This document shows, in pieces, positions 62,797-64,000 of a stretch of DNA of 64,000 bases. The position numbers and the translations under genes are program-made. Under the pieces are notes generated by a model, which did no database searches, was not told the DNA's origin, and worked only from the letters and a program-made list of their open reading frames with translations. Numbering within the stretch: position 1 is the stretch's first letter; every line of letters begins with the position of its first letter. The DNA is from Christensenellales bacterium (GTDB taxonomy: Bacteria > Bacillota > Clostridia > Christensenellales > Aristaeellaceae), in contig JBGUHQ010000008.1 in the NCBI GenBank assembly GCA_045112195.1, forward strand, positions 14,285 through 78,284, read 5' to 3'.

Positions 62797-64000
62797 ATGA
62801 AGGAAATCATGAAAGCTTTGCGGCCTGTTAAAAACAGGATCCGCCGGAACAGGTTTCTGCAGGGCGCCGCGGCCGGACTGGCCGCGGGGCTCGCGGCTGC
62901 CGCGGTATTGCAGGCAGTCGCGTTTTTCGTGCCCGTGCCTGACCGCGGCCTGTGGGCGGCGGCGTCCGCGGCAGCGGTGACACTGCTGGCGGCAGCGGTC
63001 AACGCGCTGCGCTCCGTGAGGGATACCGACGCTGCAAAAGCGGCGGACGCCTGCGGACTGAAAGAAAGGACGATCACCGCACTGGAAGGCGGGGACGAGC
63101 CGATCCGGCAGCTGCAGCGCCGGGACGCCCGCGAAGCGCTGAAGAATCTGGACGTGAAACAGATCCGGCCGGGCAGCGTCAAGAAATATCTGTTTACTGC
63201 ACTGGGCTGCGCGGCGCTGCTGTGTTGCCTGACGCTGATTCCGAGCCCCACGGACGGCGAGGCGGCGGCGCACAAGGCGCTTACGCAGACCATCCGGAAA
63301 GGGCAGGAAGCGATTGACCGGGCGGCGGAAGATGACGCGGAGAAACTGCCGGATGAAAAGAAGAGCGAACTAAGGAAGATTACCGCGGATCTGCGCCGGG
63401 AACTGGAAGGAAGCCGCGACGCGGCGGACGCGCTGGTGGCGCTGGACCGGGCGGAACAGCGGCTTGACAAGATGAGACAGGAAACGGCTGGGGAACTGTC
63501 CGCTGAGGGCAGCGGTGCCGCGGGAGAGAGCGGAACCGACGGAACCGGCAAAAACAGCGGCGCAGAGGGACAGGCATCCGGCGACGCGGCCGGGAAGGCG
63601 GAAGCAGGACAACAGGGAGCCGCTTCAGCGAACAGCACAGCCGGCTCGCAGATGAAAACGACGCAGGCGGTTTCCGCCCTGAAATCCGCGGTGAATCCTT
63701 CTATGCAATCGGCGACGGGCAGTCAGGGCGCTCAAGGAAGCCAGGGCAGCCAGGGCTCGCAAGGCGCTCAAGGCGCGACAGGCACGACCGGAAACAGCGG
63801 CAGCATGAACGGCCAGAACGGCCAGAGCGGAAGCGGCGCCAGCGGAAGCAATAACGGCCAGAGCAGCGGCGGAGCCGGGGAAGGCTCCACCAACGAGGAA
63901 CAGAAGGGCAGCGGCGGAAACAACGGCCAGCTTATGAAGGGAAACCGCGATCCCCGTTACAAGGAATCGCAGTATGAAACCATCTACGATCCGGAACGGA
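62797..64000 (+). CDS. membrane-anchored low-complexity protein with coiled and collagen-like (G-X-Y) segments; 3' end outside window
   Basis: Absent from the supplied ORF track because it has no stop in the window. The frame is open from ATG 62797 (alternative ATG 62809) to position 64000. It has two TM helices, a charged helical region, then GSQGAQGSQGSQGSQGAQGATGTTGNSG. Confidence 0.6.
   Translation, partial: MKEIMKALRPVKNRIRRNRFLQGAAAGLAAGLAAAAVLQAVAFFVPVPDRGLWAAASAAAVTLLAAAVNALRSVRDTDAAKAADACGLKERTITALEGGDEPIRQLQRRDAREALKNLDVKQIRPGSVKKYLFTALGCAALLCCLTLIPSPTDGEAAAHKALTQTIRKGQEAIDRAAEDDAEKLPDEKKSELRKITADLRRELEGSRDAADALVALDRAEQRLDKMRQETAGELSAEGSGAAGESGTDGTGKNSGAEGQASGDAAGKAEAGQQGAASANSTAGSQMKTTQAVSALKSAVNPSMQSATGSQGAQGSQGSQGSQGAQGATGTTGNSGSMNGQNGQSGSGASGSNNGQSSGGAGEGSTNEEQKGSGGNNGQLMKGNRDPRYKESQYETIYDPER

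Noticed and set aside
1-64000. Search for mobile elements, prophage, defence systems, CRISPR and rRNA.
   Set aside because: I found no transposase, integrase or recombinase motifs, no long inverted or direct terminal repeats, no cas or restriction-modification signatures, and no rRNA-like sequence. The window appears to be core chromosome apart from the short repeat families reported above.

Overview
High-GC (about 60%) chromosomal window from a Firmicutes/Clostridia-type anaerobe, probably an Oscillospiraceae/Ruminococcaceae-like gut or rumen organism. Supporting signs are GGAGG ribosome-binding sites, a T-box leader, IreB, a SpoIIE-type PP2C phosphatase, PTS genes and GH130 mannoside phosphorylases. 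I call about 45 protein genes, 2 tRNAs, 1 T-box riboswitch and a set of promoters and terminators. I found no rRNA, CRISPR array, transposase, integrase or prophage. Main blocks: (1) an intracellular manno-oligosaccharide module at 4.7-12.9 kb: manA, cellobiose/mannobiose 2-epimerase, a GH113-like hydrolase, LacI, two GH130 phosphorylases and an esterase. (2) A T-box leader in front of an XRE-cupin-acyl-CoA-synthetase fusion plus Nudix, at 15.0-18.1 kb. (3) Housekeeping genes: pyrH, prfC, typA, mnmG, and glnS-gltX followed by tRNA-Gln and tRNA-Glu. (4) Signalling and envelope genes: GGDEF, HD-GYP, Cache-HAMP-PP2C, GT2, an LTA-synthase-like protein and a PrsA-like lipoprotein. (5) A single 1096-aa adenylase-ACP-alpha-oxoamine-synthase fusion at 44.7-48.0 kb. 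(6) An amylosucrase-fructokinase-HAD-PTS EIIBCA-HPr-EI cluster at 48.3-56.1 kb. (7) An uncharacterised envelope operon running off the window at 56.1-64.0 kb. The observations most worth following up are: a family of AT-rich heptamer tandem arrays (AATTCAK)n-AATTA placed directly at stop codons, seven copies; the T-box controlling a non-aaRS acyl-CoA synthetase fusion; the tri-domain amino-ketone synthase candidate; TAACA direct-repeat triplets in two mannan-locus leaders; and a mosaic REP-like repeat family. All functional calls come from reading motifs by eye. No database search was run.
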